Virus record (IMG/VR): IMGVR_UViG_3300021960_007579
Location: 773-64,772 of that record
Reading direction: 5' to 3' (one strand)
Length of the DNA stretch: 64,000 nt
DNA from: a virus
Taxonomy: Duplodnaviria > Caudoviricetes
The notes below the pieces were generated by a model. That model made no database searches, had not been told where the DNA came from, and saw only the letters and a list, made by a program, of their open reading frames with translations. Below, piece after piece: positions 1-9,733 of this stretch. A program made the translations under genes and the position numbers. Position 1 is the stretch's first letter. Each line of letters begins with the position of its first letter.

Positions 1-681
1 GGTAGATATTTGGAGTCTTTATCAGGTGCGGTTCTTACCACTTATAATTCATCCCTTAACTCTGACTCTCGTAACTCACGTGGTGTTACTCGTTTATATC
101 GTAGAGATGATGATTCTGACTTTAGTGTACAAACTTACTGGACTGGTTCATATTGGTTTTTAAAAGGATATAATGGCGATACTTACCATGCGGGTGTACA
201 AGTAGCATATGCTGATAGTGCGGGAACTGCCGACAATATTGATGGATGGGCGTTTAGAAACACAGGTGGTAATACTACTATTAACGCTGATACTCTTGAT
301 AGTAATGGTATAACGTACTATACTGCCGGTGTGACTAACTTCTCAGGTAACGCAACTGACGGAGCGTTATACTCTCAGAGACATGATAGTAACTGGCAGC
401 ATCAGATCGCTGGTGATTATAGATCAGGTCAAATTGCTGTTAGAGGTAAAAACGCGGGAACTTGGCAATCATGGAAGAAAGTCGCCTTAGTTAATACCAC
501 AACCTTCTCAAGTGTAACTTCCGTATCATTCACTCATGGATTAGGTACGGATAATGTTATTGTTCAAGTTTACGATAGTGGTGGAAGTTTATTCTTCCCT
601 TCAGAATTAAGATCTGCCGGTGGTGTTGTCACTGCAACATTTGAAGTTGCTAGAAGCGGTAGGTTGGTTGTTACTGGATAA
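1..681 (+). CDS. Tail fibre protein, C-terminal part (5'-truncated by the window)
   Basis: Frame is open from base 1. Gly/Thr/Ser-rich; QIAGDYRSGQIAVRGKNAGTWQSW resembles a fibre knob; ends in a THGLGTDNVIVQVYD module typical of phage fibres. Confidence 0.65.
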   Translation, partial: GRYLESLSGAVLTTYNSSLNSDSRNSRGVTRLYRRDDDSDFSVQTYWTGSYWFLKGYNGDTYHAGVQVAYADSAGTADNIDGWAFRNTGGNTTINADTLDSNGITYYTAGVTNFSGNATDGALYSQRHDSNWQHQIAGDYRSGQIAVRGKNAGTWQSWKKVALVNTTTFSSVTSVSFTHGLGTDNVIVQVYDSGGSLFFPSELRSAGGVVTATFEVARSGRLVVTG

Positions 682-692
682 AGAAAATATGT

Positions 693-1835
693 ATGTTAAG
701 AGAAAACGTTATAGTAAGTGGTTCGCTGGATGTAAGTGGACAGTTTGTAATTCCGAGAGGATCCAGAGCTCAGAGACCCACAAGTCCTGAGTTCGGTTCT
801 TTATATCTCGAGGAATCTGTTAGTGGTAGTTTTGTCATTACATATACAGGATCATCTAACTATGACGATGGTTGGGAACCGGTAGGAACTCAAAGTACTG
901 ATAGAACCGCATTTAAGTATAGACAAATATTAAACTACTCCTATTTGGCGGGTGGTTATAAATCGGGATCTCCGTGGAAGAATGTCCACAAAGCAACTAA
1001 TGCCACAGATCAAACAGTACATATAGGTGAATTATTAGATTACCCCGCAAACTATACCTCAGGGGCTTGTAGTAAAACCAAATTATTTATATGGTCATCG
1101 AACACGGACAACGCACATAAAGGTGCGACAACAGTGTATTCCACATATACATCGGGTGTTGATATGGTTAATGAAACTGCATATGCCCACCAAACCAAAT
1201 GGGACTTATTAAATGCGAGGGATGATTGCGGTACTTTGTTTAAAGAAACCGAATTCGCCTACATATTTGGTGGATCGGTTGCTGCGGTTGAAAAGTTTAA
1301 CCTCACAAACGAAACAATGTATACTTCTTATTATCCAAGTGGTACCCAACCTTATACAACAACACAAACATCTATAACAAGTACGTTAGGGTGTAGTGGG
1401 TTTTCTGATGAAAATTATGGTTATGGATATGGTTCAGAGAGTGCTAATAAATGTCACTTTGCCACAGATACGTTTGAAACAAGAGGTTCTTCATGGGCAT
1501 CAAGTGGACAACAAAAGGGTATTAGTTCTAAAGTTGGTAAGGGATATTGTGGTAACGAAGGAACATACCAAGGAGGTTACAATTTAAGAAGATGGGATGC
1601 ATTTACTGAGACTAATCTTGGGAACGTAGCAAAACCAAGAGCAAATAGTGGTGAGGAAAATTTCGCATTGGGTCAGGACCACCAATACATGTTGGGGTGT
1701 TATGCCGATAGTTTACAAAATAATGATAGTTGGAAGTTCACATATGCCACGGATACGGGTATTGTAAATCCTGCGGGATTGGCACCTGGAGTTAATGGTG
1801 GAACATCATCGGGTCACTGTGGTTGGAGAAATTAG
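693..1835 (+). CDS. Virion fibre-associated repeat (beta-propeller-like) protein, paralog 1
   Basis: N-terminal PRGSRAQRPTSPEFGSLYLE motif, YLAGGY and GYxGxE repeats, C-terminal TSSGHCGWR shared with the next two ORFs. Confidence 0.55.
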   Translation: MLRENVIVSGSLDVSGQFVIPRGSRAQRPTSPEFGSLYLEESVSGSFVITYTGSSNYDDGWEPVGTQSTDRTAFKYRQILNYSYLAGGYKSGSPWKNVHKATNATDQTVHIGELLDYPANYTSGACSKTKLFIWSSNTDNAHKGATTVYSTYTSGVDMVNETAYAHQTKWDLLNARDDCGTLFKETEFAYIFGGSVAAVEKFNLTNETMYTSYYPSGTQPYTTTQTSITSTLGCSGFSDENYGYGYGSESANKCHFATDTFETRGSSWASSGQQKGISSKVGKGYCGNEGTYQGGYNLRRWDAFTETNLGNVAKPRANSGEENFALGQDHQYMLGCYADSLQNNDSWKFTYATDTGIVNPAGLAPGVNGGTSSGHCGWRN

Positions 1836-1848
1836 ATACTTATAAGAT

Positions 1849-3330
1849 ATGTTATTTGAGGATTTAGAAATTAGTGGATCATTAAGAGGTCAAGGGGTAA
1901 CAAAACCACCAAGGGGTTCTCGTGCGGCAAGACCATCATCGCCGGAGACGGGTTCTTTATTTTTAGAACAAAATAGTCTTAATACTGGTTGGACTGATTA
2001 TGGTGGAAACTCCGCAAACTACACAGTGATAGATGCCGATAACATCATCATAAAAAATACATCAACAGGGTGGATAGGTTATTTTGTTGCCAATACCACA
2101 ATGATTGCTAAACACGTTGTCCAATTTACCTATAGTACATCCTCGGGCACATCATCTTTAGTTGTGGATAATGATGGTATTGACGATAATACATTTAATA
2201 CAACATTATCGGTAACAACAACCCCACAGGTTTATAGAGGGGTCGTAACAACCACAACCACAGGACAGATAAGAATGTTCTTAAGACATAACGGTGGGGG
2301 AGGTGACATAACCATTAGTAATTTTAGGTTAGTTGAGGAGATTAATGAAGGTAAAAACTACTTAACGGTCTATACTGGTTTAAGTAACAACGATAGTGGT
2401 TGGGAAAGGATCGCCAACCAAAACAAGTTTGGTAACACGGCTTATAAGTATAGACATGTTATTGCTTATTCATATTTGGCGGGTGGTTATAAATCATCCT
2501 CACCGTGGAAGAACGTACATAAGACAGTAAATGCCACCGACCAAACATCACATGTTGGGGAGTTATTGGATTATCCTGCATCATATACTTCTGGTGCTTG
2601 TAGTAGGTTTATATTCTTTATGTGGTCTGTAAACACGGACAATGCGTGGAAATCCGCGGGGGAGATTCACGGAACATATACATCTGCAGTAAACATGTGG
2701 AATGATACAAACTACGCTCACCAAGCTAAATTTGATACAACAATTGCGAGAAGTGATTTAGGTACTATGTTTAAGGAACAGACCTACGCTTACTTGTTCA
2801 GTGGTGGGTCTGCTACCGTTGAAATATTTGATTTAACAAACGAGAGTTTAATCACATCATACACATTATCAACAATAAATGGTTCTGATGGTGGGTCCGC
2901 CTTCTCAGATGAGAATTATGGTTATGGTTGGACCGCAAGTGCGGGGGTAAAACTAAATTTTGCCACTGAAACATTTACATCGTCTCCTCATTGGGGTAAC
3001 CACTCACAACAAAAAGGTATTAGTTCAAAATTGGGTAAAGGTTATGCCGGTAATGAAGGATCATATTCTGGTGGATATAACCTCAGAAGATGGAGTAACA
3101 ATACAGATACTAACTTAGGTAATGTGGCGAAACCTGACGGTAACTGTGGTGAAGAGAATTTCACTTTGGGTCAGGATTGGCAGTACATGTTAGGTAACTA
3201 TAATGGTTTACAAAATAATAATAGTTGGAAGTTTACATACGCAACTGATACGGGGGTGTTGAATCCTTCGGGATTGTCACCTGGTGTTAATCCAGGTACC
3301 TCATCGGGTCATTGTGGTTGGAGAGATTAA
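1849..3330 (+). CDS. Paralog 2 with an inserted carbohydrate-binding-like beta-sandwich
   Basis: Same N and C motifs as paralogs 1 and 3, plus an ~125-aa insert (TGWTDYGG...ITISNFRLVE). Confidence 0.55.
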   Translation: MLFEDLEISGSLRGQGVTKPPRGSRAARPSSPETGSLFLEQNSLNTGWTDYGGNSANYTVIDADNIIIKNTSTGWIGYFVANTTMIAKHVVQFTYSTSSGTSSLVVDNDGIDDNTFNTTLSVTTTPQVYRGVVTTTTTGQIRMFLRHNGGGGDITISNFRLVEEINEGKNYLTVYTGLSNNDSGWERIANQNKFGNTAYKYRHVIAYSYLAGGYKSSSPWKNVHKTVNATDQTSHVGELLDYPASYTSGACSRFIFFMWSVNTDNAWKSAGEIHGTYTSAVNMWNDTNYAHQAKFDTTIARSDLGTMFKEQTYAYLFSGGSATVEIFDLTNESLITSYTLSTINGSDGGSAFSDENYGYGWTASAGVKLNFATETFTSSPHWGNHSQQKGISSKLGKGYAGNEGSYSGGYNLRRWSNNTDTNLGNVAKPDGNCGEENFTLGQDWQYMLGNYNGLQNNNSWKFTYATDTGVLNPSGLSPGVNPGTSSGHCGWRD

Positions 3331-3340
3331 AATATAGATT

Positions 3341-4456
3341 ATGATATACGAAAACATGTCCGTTAGTGGAAAATTAAAGGTAGATAAGGTGACTGCAAGA
3401 CCACCCAAAGGACCGAGATCCGCTCGACCAACAAATCCGGTCTCAGGTTCCTTATTTTTAGAGGAATCTTCGGAGTATACAAATTATTTAATGGTTTACA
3501 CGGGTGTAAGTAATATTGATGATGGTTGGGAAAGAGTGGCAGCACAGGATCGAGTGACTACTAATTTTAAATTTAGACAAATCATCAATTACTCTTACTT
3601 GGCGGGTGGATATAAGAGTTCATCCCCATGGAAAAGTGTACATAAGGCAACCAACTCAACAGATCAAACAACATACGTTGGGGAGTTATTGGATTATCCT
3701 GCGTCGTATACTTCGGGGGCTTGTAGTAAGTCTATATTTTTCATGTGGTCAGTGAATACGAGTGGTGGATTTATGGGTCCTGGTAGTTTGGATGGTACCA
3801 CAACTTCCGCAGTTAATATGATCACTGACACAAATTATGCACATCAATCAAAATTCAATTTAGCTTATACTAGATCTGATTGTGGTACTATGTTTAAAGA
3901 AACTGAGTTCGCTTGGATCTTTGCGGGTAATAGAACAGAGATTGAGAAATTTAACCTAACTAATGAATCTTTATTCACCTCGTACGCAGCAACAACAATA
4001 GGTGGAGGTGATGGTGCATCCGCATTCTCAGATGAAAATAACGGATATGGTTGGTCTAATGGTGGAAACATTAAAATGAACTTCTCGACAGAGACAATTA
4101 CATCAGGAACGGCATCTTGGGCCGCACACGGACAACAAAAGGGAATTAGTTCTAAAGTATCCAAAGGTTATGCGGGTAATGAGGGTTCATATAATGGTGG
4201 GTATAACCTAAGAAGATGGGATTTAAATACTGACACAAATGTTGGTAACATCGCAAAAATAGAGGGGAATACTGGTGAGGAAAACTTCACAATGGGACAA
4301 GACCACCAATATATGTTAGGTAACTATAATGGACTACAAAATAATAACTCGTGGAAACTATATTATACCACAGACACCGGTACTTTAAACCCCGCAGGAT
4401 TAAGTCCCGCTGTTAACCCAGGTACTTCATCAGGACATTGTGGATGGAGACAATAG
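3341..4456 (+). CDS. Paralog 3 of the fibre-associated repeat protein
   Basis: Collinear with paralog 1; ends TSSGHCGWRQ. Confidence 0.55.
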   Translation: MIYENMSVSGKLKVDKVTARPPKGPRSARPTNPVSGSLFLEESSEYTNYLMVYTGVSNIDDGWERVAAQDRVTTNFKFRQIINYSYLAGGYKSSSPWKSVHKATNSTDQTTYVGELLDYPASYTSGACSKSIFFMWSVNTSGGFMGPGSLDGTTTSAVNMITDTNYAHQSKFNLAYTRSDCGTMFKETEFAWIFAGNRTEIEKFNLTNESLFTSYAATTIGGGDGASAFSDENNGYGWSNGGNIKMNFSTETITSGTASWAAHGQQKGISSKVSKGYAGNEGSYNGGYNLRRWDLNTDTNVGNIAKIEGNTGEENFTMGQDHQYMLGNYNGLQNNNSWKLYYTTDTGTLNPAGLSPAVNPGTSSGHCGWRQ

Positions 4457-4482
4457 ATTATCGGTTAATTCAACGATAATCC

Positions 4483-4516
4483 AAAATATCACTTTATTAT
4501 GTGATATTTTTTTTTT
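4483..4516 (+). terminator. Hairpin plus U-tract, putative terminator
   Basis: AAAATATCAC-8nt-GTGATATTTT followed by Ts; preceded by a second inverted repeat GATTATCG..CGATAATC. Confidence 0.4.
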
Positions 4517-4540
4517 ATATTATAGTAAAATTTTCAATAC

Positions 4541-5305
4541 ATGGAAGAGACATACAATTACAATAAAGAGAGTGGATTAAAAGACGAAATGAGTAAGAAA
4601 TTACTCGATATTGCTGAAGAGGTTTCTTTTGCGTTACCAAAATATAAGGCGGAAAACTTCGTGGGGGGTGCTCAAATAACACCTTACGCCAAACTAAAAC
4701 AATGGTTACTTGAATTAAGGGGTAGAGAAGACATTGTTGAACACTTAGAATATACTGTTAAAAAACAAGAATTGGAAATTCAAATACAAGAAGAAAGTAA
4801 ACAGTTTTTAACCGATCCTAAAAGAAAACAATTAGTTGATTTAACCATTGCCGATATGAAGATCGATCTTAGAAAGTTCGTAAGAAACTTGAAGGACGCA
4901 CATATTGAGAGACAAGGTTTTATTGATTTAATTAAAGAGTTCTTAAGTAGTGATGATGCTAAATTACCTGATGGAGGATCATTAATGGATGTAATTGGTA
5001 ATAAAGAATTAGAACACAAGTACGAACACGAGTATTGGACTGTACGTATGGCTAAACAGGCGATGTTAGACATGGTGGCTTATGGTAGAATTGGAACGGG
5101 TAATCTAGATTCAATATTGATGATGGGTCCCGAACAACAAAAACAAGTTTTATCACTTGCTTCTTCTTACACGGTATTTATAGATAAAAACATGAATACA
5201 TTAATGTCTAACGCAACTATGAATAACTTCTCTATTGAGGATTCATTAAGAGGACAACTTAAGTTGGGTGAGGCGGATAAACCTGATACTGAAAAACTAC
5301 TATAA
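4541..5305 (+). CDS. Hypothetical coiled-coil protein
   Basis: 254-aa ORF, helical and charged, coupled to the next ORF (TAATG). Confidence 0.75.
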   Translation: MEETYNYNKESGLKDEMSKKLLDIAEEVSFALPKYKAENFVGGAQITPYAKLKQWLLELRGREDIVEHLEYTVKKQELEIQIQEESKQFLTDPKRKQLVDLTIADMKIDLRKFVRNLKDAHIERQGFIDLIKEFLSSDDAKLPDGGSLMDVIGNKELEHKYEHEYWTVRMAKQAMLDMVAYGRIGTGNLDSILMMGPEQQKQVLSLASSYTVFIDKNMNTLMSNATMNNFSIEDSLRGQLKLGEADKPDTEKLL

Positions 5306-6045
5306 TGAAACACATAATCTTTAAACAAAGGGGTGATGTACCCGGATACATACAAGTGATAGGTCCTCACATGAATTATTACTACGCCAGAATTGATGAT
5401 ATCTATGATGATATGAGATTACAATTAAATGAATTGAATGCTCAAGTCATTTCTGAGGAGGTGGCGTCTGGATTTATTTTCGCCGATAACTATAAAGATT
5501 ATATCAGTATCAGGACTGAGTCGTCATTAATGGCTGAGATACCTGAATTGGCCAACTCATCAGAAACAGATGAACAAAAAGTAAAATACTTTTTAACTGA
5601 AGAGGACAAATCAAAAGGTGTTGCGTTCGCAAAGGCGGTTATGATGAAATTCATTGCCGATAGATTTAGTGAAAGACACAAAAACTTAATGGTGGATGCA
5701 TCTAGTTTAGAGAAGGCAACATGGGAGGAACAAAAAAGAGAGGCGTTTGGATTTATGTCTGATAACACCTACCCAACACCAATCATCGATACTCTATCAG
5801 AAGGTAGAGGTCTTGATAAATCGACACTAGTACAAAAGATTATAGATAACGTAAATGCGTATAATTTAAAATTAGCTAACCTTCTTTTAGAACAACAATT
5901 ACTTGAGCAAAGAGTTAAAGATTGTGTGACTCTTGCCGATACACACAGACTTAAACATGAGAAGTTTGGTATTGCGATGAGTAAGCAACAAAAGGAGGAT
6001 GAGGGAATTAACACAACTCCTCTTACGTTGAAATTGGACTTCTAA
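5305..6045 (+). CDS. Hypothetical protein, possibly tail-fibre-assembly-like
   Basis: EKATWEEQKREA...TPIIDTLSEGRG..LVQKI resembles fibre-chaperone C-terminal domains. Confidence 0.5.
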   Translation: MKHIIFKQRGDVPGYIQVIGPHMNYYYARIDDIYDDMRLQLNELNAQVISEEVASGFIFADNYKDYISIRTESSLMAEIPELANSSETDEQKVKYFLTEEDKSKGVAFAKAVMMKFIADRFSERHKNLMVDASSLEKATWEEQKREAFGFMSDNTYPTPIIDTLSEGRGLDKSTLVQKIIDNVNAYNLKLANLLLEQQLLEQRVKDCVTLADTHRLKHEKFGIAMSKQQKEDEGINTTPLTLKLDF

Positions 6046-6055
6046 AAACTATTAA

Positions 6056-7054
6056 ATGAATTTAGCAATAAATGGTACATGTGCTAAAGGTTGTTCATTT
6101 TGTTTCACAAAGGAAGATGCGAGATTAAAACACACTCTTGGTGAAATGTCGATCGAAAAGGTTGGCGAGTTGATCGATCACTTCCATATAAACAACAATC
6201 AAGAAGAGGTTACTATTTTAGGTGGTGAACCCACTCAACATTCAAACTTTATGGGTATTATGGATTACATAATATCTAGAGGTATAAAAGTTAATCTTGT
6301 CAGTAATCTTCTATTCGGTCAAAAGACGTTAGACTATATCGTTGAAAATATTCGACATATTCGTTGGATTCTACCTAATGGGGCAGAATTAAATGAAAAA
6401 AACAGAATTACACTTTTTAAAAAGAATTACTTATCCCTGTATTCCGCTTATGCGAATACGTGGGGTTTCGAGGATAGTCCAAGAATGTTTATTGCCATCA
6501 CCATGAGTAGTGATTGGAAAGAAAGAAACATATATGATTATATAACATGGTTGTATATGGAATTAGGTGGTCGAGTAAATGCGATAAGATTGGGTTTAGA
6601 TTTGACAGGTACATACCTAATCAACAATAAATTAATGGGTGAGGAGATCACTAAAATATTGAAGTTCGGTAAGTATAATAATGTTAGAATAACCTCAGAC
6701 TGTCAGGTCCCTCCGTGTCTTTGGGAAGGAGGAACTAAACAAAGTGTTTTAGAAAATTCGTTAGGGTTCGCCACATTTAAGATACCGGGTCACGAAACCA
6801 TTTGTGGTTTTATGCCTTTAGATATTTTTCCTGATGGTAGTTCGATCCACTGTTACCCATTACAAGACAAACTAAAAATAGATAATGTCTTGAATATTTC
6901 GGGTGAAAATAGTATATTAGGTCTTAGGGATGAATTTGATAATCTCTATAAAGAAAACCATAAAAATTACGATATCCCCCAGGACTGTATAGACTGTGTT
7001 TTTTACGAAACAGAATGTAATGGAATATGTGGGGGATGTTTAGAAGGTGAATGA
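6056..7054 (+). CDS. Radical SAM protein with C-terminal SPASM-like Cys cluster
   Basis: CAKGCSFC (CxxxCxxC), GGEPT, C-terminal CIDC..ECNGICGGC. Confidence 0.9.
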   Translation: MNLAINGTCAKGCSFCFTKEDARLKHTLGEMSIEKVGELIDHFHINNNQEEVTILGGEPTQHSNFMGIMDYIISRGIKVNLVSNLLFGQKTLDYIVENIRHIRWILPNGAELNEKNRITLFKKNYLSLYSAYANTWGFEDSPRMFIAITMSSDWKERNIYDYITWLYMELGGRVNAIRLGLDLTGTYLINNKLMGEEITKILKFGKYNNVRITSDCQVPPCLWEGGTKQSVLENSLGFATFKIPGHETICGFMPLDIFPDGSSIHCYPLQDKLKIDNVLNISGENSILGLRDEFDNLYKENHKNYDIPQDCIDCVFYETECNGICGGCLEGE

Positions 7055-8088
7055 AAATATTCTCTATACCCCTAAATCCAATGATGAGCGCAACCGCGTT
7101 CGAACATGTCTTTTACCCTTTTTTAGAAAAGAATAAAGATTGGATCTACGATATTTATTTTACCTGTAGGATCCCACCCTTCACACAAGACGCGATGGGG
7201 TCTGTAATCCAAGAAAACGATTGGGAATCGGTCTTTGGAAATGCTATGTATATCCAAGAATCGTTAGGTATAAGGGTGAGTGCCACATTTAATAACTTTA
7301 ATGTCTCACCAAAATACGATAACTACAAACTTTTTATTGAGAACTTAAAACCGTTATACGAAAAAGGGTTAAGGTCGATGACTATACCACATGGTCATTG
7401 GGTTGCTATGGGTTTAAAGGAACACTTCCCCGAAATGGAAATCAAAAACACCATTTTAAGAAAGGTATCAACCGCACAGGACTTTTGGTACAATGCCGAA
7501 CAAGGGTTCGACTACATTAACGTTGATCGGATTCTGATGAGGGATGTAGAGGAACTTAAGAATATCAGAAGAGCGCAACTAATGTTCCAACAAAAACATG
7601 GTAGATATGTGAAGATAGCACTTCTAACTAACGAAGGATGTTTAGGTAGATGTCCTGTAATGGATGAACACTATTCATATAATAACCTAAGACAACCAAA
7701 CGAACTCCCATACTTTCATCATGAAATATCAAAAGTGACCTGTGAATATAAATGGGAAAAAGAGATTGGGGCATTCTTCTTTAAGACTGCGACCATACCA
7801 CCATTCAAAGAAGAGTTTGATGAATTTTTAAATCACGTAGATATATTCAAAATGCATGGTAGGGACAGTTTCGATAGATTAAATGAAACTATGGAAATTG
7901 TGGAATCATATGTGAAAGGTTCTGATGTTTTGGCGGATAGTTCTAAACTTTATTTAGATGGTATTCCACATGAAGAACTTAGGGGTTGGAGGAATAAGAT
8001 TAAGAAGTGTAAGTTCCAATGTTGGGATTGTAATTACTGTGACATCGTGGCGGACCATAAAAAGAAAAAGATTTATGGATCTAATTGA
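7051..8088 (+). CDS. U32 'peptidase' family Fe-S protein (hydroxylase-like)
   Basis: NVDRILMRD, LTNEGCLGRCP, FKMHGR, C-terminal CKFQCWDCNYC. Confidence 0.75.
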   Translation: MKIFSIPLNPMMSATAFEHVFYPFLEKNKDWIYDIYFTCRIPPFTQDAMGSVIQENDWESVFGNAMYIQESLGIRVSATFNNFNVSPKYDNYKLFIENLKPLYEKGLRSMTIPHGHWVAMGLKEHFPEMEIKNTILRKVSTAQDFWYNAEQGFDYINVDRILMRDVEELKNIRRAQLMFQQKHGRYVKIALLTNEGCLGRCPVMDEHYSYNNLRQPNELPYFHHEISKVTCEYKWEKEIGAFFFKTATIPPFKEEFDEFLNHVDIFKMHGRDSFDRLNETMEIVESYVKGSDVLADSSKLYLDGIPHEELRGWRNKIKKCKFQCWDCNYCDIVADHKKKKIYGSN

Positions 8089-8737
8089 ACATATTGATAA
8101 GTCTTTAGAATGGGGTGGTTTAGAAGTATCTAAACTAACTCAAGACATATTAGATATCCACGGGATTACATCTAATAAAGTAAGATGTTTTCTAAATAAC
8201 ATATGTTCTATTGGTGGGACTTATTTGGAGGTTGGTGTCTTCAGGGGTGCCACGTTCTGTTCTGCAATTTATGGTAATAACGTCCACGGAATTGGTTTGG
8301 ATAACTTCGCTTCCCCAAATCTCATGCCTATGGGTGTCAGTCAAAAACTGGCAACCTATTTAAGACAGAGACTTGATATACCACCACAAGAAGATTTCAT
8401 CAACAACGTTAAACGGTTCGGAAGTCCCGAACACTTAGATGTGTATAAAACGGACTACACCACATTCGATTATTCCCAACTACCCAAACTTGATATTATT
8501 TTCTATGATGGAGACACTCGTTTCCACGATCAATACACAGTCCTCAAAAAATTAATTCCCCAATTCTCAAAACAAACCATTTTAATTATGGATGATTGGA
8601 ATTGGAATAGTGGTGCGATTGATAGAATTATAGAGGAGGAACAACTTATTGTTACTCACAGACGAGAAGTATTCACAAACGGTGAGGATATTGACTCATA
8701 TTGGAATGGGTTGGGTATTTTCCTTATCGAGTCTTGA
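8075..8737 (+). CDS. Class I SAM-dependent methyltransferase (Methyltransf_24-like)
   Basis: YLEVGVFRGAT, FYDGD, IMDDWNW; start re-called at ATG 8075. Confidence 0.8.
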   Translation: MDLIEHIDKSLEWGGLEVSKLTQDILDIHGITSNKVRCFLNNICSIGGTYLEVGVFRGATFCSAIYGNNVHGIGLDNFASPNLMPMGVSQKLATYLRQRLDIPPQEDFINNVKRFGSPEHLDVYKTDYTTFDYSQLPKLDIIFYDGDTRFHDQYTVLKKLIPQFSKQTILIMDDWNWNSGAIDRIIEEEQLIVTHRREVFTNGEDIDSYWNGLGIFLIES

Positions 8738-8806
8738 TAAAACCCCTTTTTTTCTTTATATTTTAGATGTGTCATTTGACACATAAATTTTCATTAAACA
8801 AATAAT

Positions 8807-9733
8807 ATGAAGAATGAAAAAAGACCATTGTTATGGTTGGTCAACTCGTTGGATACGATCATGAAGTTCGTTAACAACAAAACAATGTTAGTTTTATTAT
8901 TGGTGGTTCTGTTTAGTTCAAACTCATTTGGACAATATACAGGACGAGCCCTAAACAATGGGGAAGAACCCACAGATTCAATTAGAAGTCTAAAAGAGGT
9001 CGTAGTAACGGCAAGAAAATATTCTCAGTTTGAATTAGTGGGGGAAAATCAACAACCCGCGTGGACACTAGTCAGAAAATTTCCATCTACGAGAACTTAT
9101 ATTATGGTGCCAAAGGGTACTGTAATGTATGAGAAATGGTTTGACGCAAGAACCAAAAGAAATGATGGTGGAACTGAACTAAGAATGAGGGATGAATTCG
9201 CCTTTGGTCTGGCTAAGAGATTAGAATTAGATTTATACCTCCATACAGTATACAAATACTCGGGTGAGAACTCAACCTACGGTTTTAGAGGTTTTTCATG
9301 GGAAGTTAGATACGCACTTGCCGATTGGGGAAAGTTATGGGGTAATCCAACACTATATTTCGAACACAAATTACTTGATGGTAAGAGAATGGGTATAGAA
9401 CCTAAATTACTATTAGGTGATCGTATCGGTAAGAATGGTATATGGGGGGTTAACCTAATCTATGAAGGTTATGTGGCAAAAGACCGAATCAATCAAGAAA
9501 GGGAGTACGCCTATACCGCCTCTTATGGTAAGATCCTCAATGATGATTTAACTATTGGTGTGTCTAATATGTACAGACATAATGATGTGGATGGGTCTAA
9601 TGAATGGTATTTAGGTCCCGCCCTCCAATATAGATTCAACGGAAATGCATATGTTAACTTGGAGGTACTACCAGGACTAAACCAAGACGCTAAACTGTTT
9701 AGAAACACAATTATATTCGGATGGAGATTCTAA
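8807..9733 (+). CDS. Outer-membrane beta-barrel protein with signal peptide
   Basis: Hydrophobic signal segment, LKEVVVTA motif, alternating amphipathic strands, C-terminal FGWRF; true start may be 8861 or later. Confidence 0.65.
   Translation: MKNEKRPLLWLVNSLDTIMKFVNNKTMLVLLLVVLFSSNSFGQYTGRALNNGEEPTDSIRSLKEVVVTARKYSQFELVGENQQPAWTLVRKFPSTRTYIMVPKGTVMYEKWFDARTKRNDGGTELRMRDEFAFGLAKRLELDLYLHTVYKYSGENSTYGFRGFSWEVRYALADWGKLWGNPTLYFEHKLLDGKRMGIEPKLLLGDRIGKNGIWGVNLIYEGYVAKDRINQEREYAYTASYGKILNDDLTIGVSNMYRHNDVDGSNEWYLGPALQYRFNGNAYVNLEVLPGLNQDAKLFRNTIIFGWRF

Noticed and set aside
693-4456. Diversity-generating retroelement acting on the paralogs
   Set aside because: No reverse transcriptase, and no adenine-specific TR/VR pair; differences look like ordinary paralog divergence
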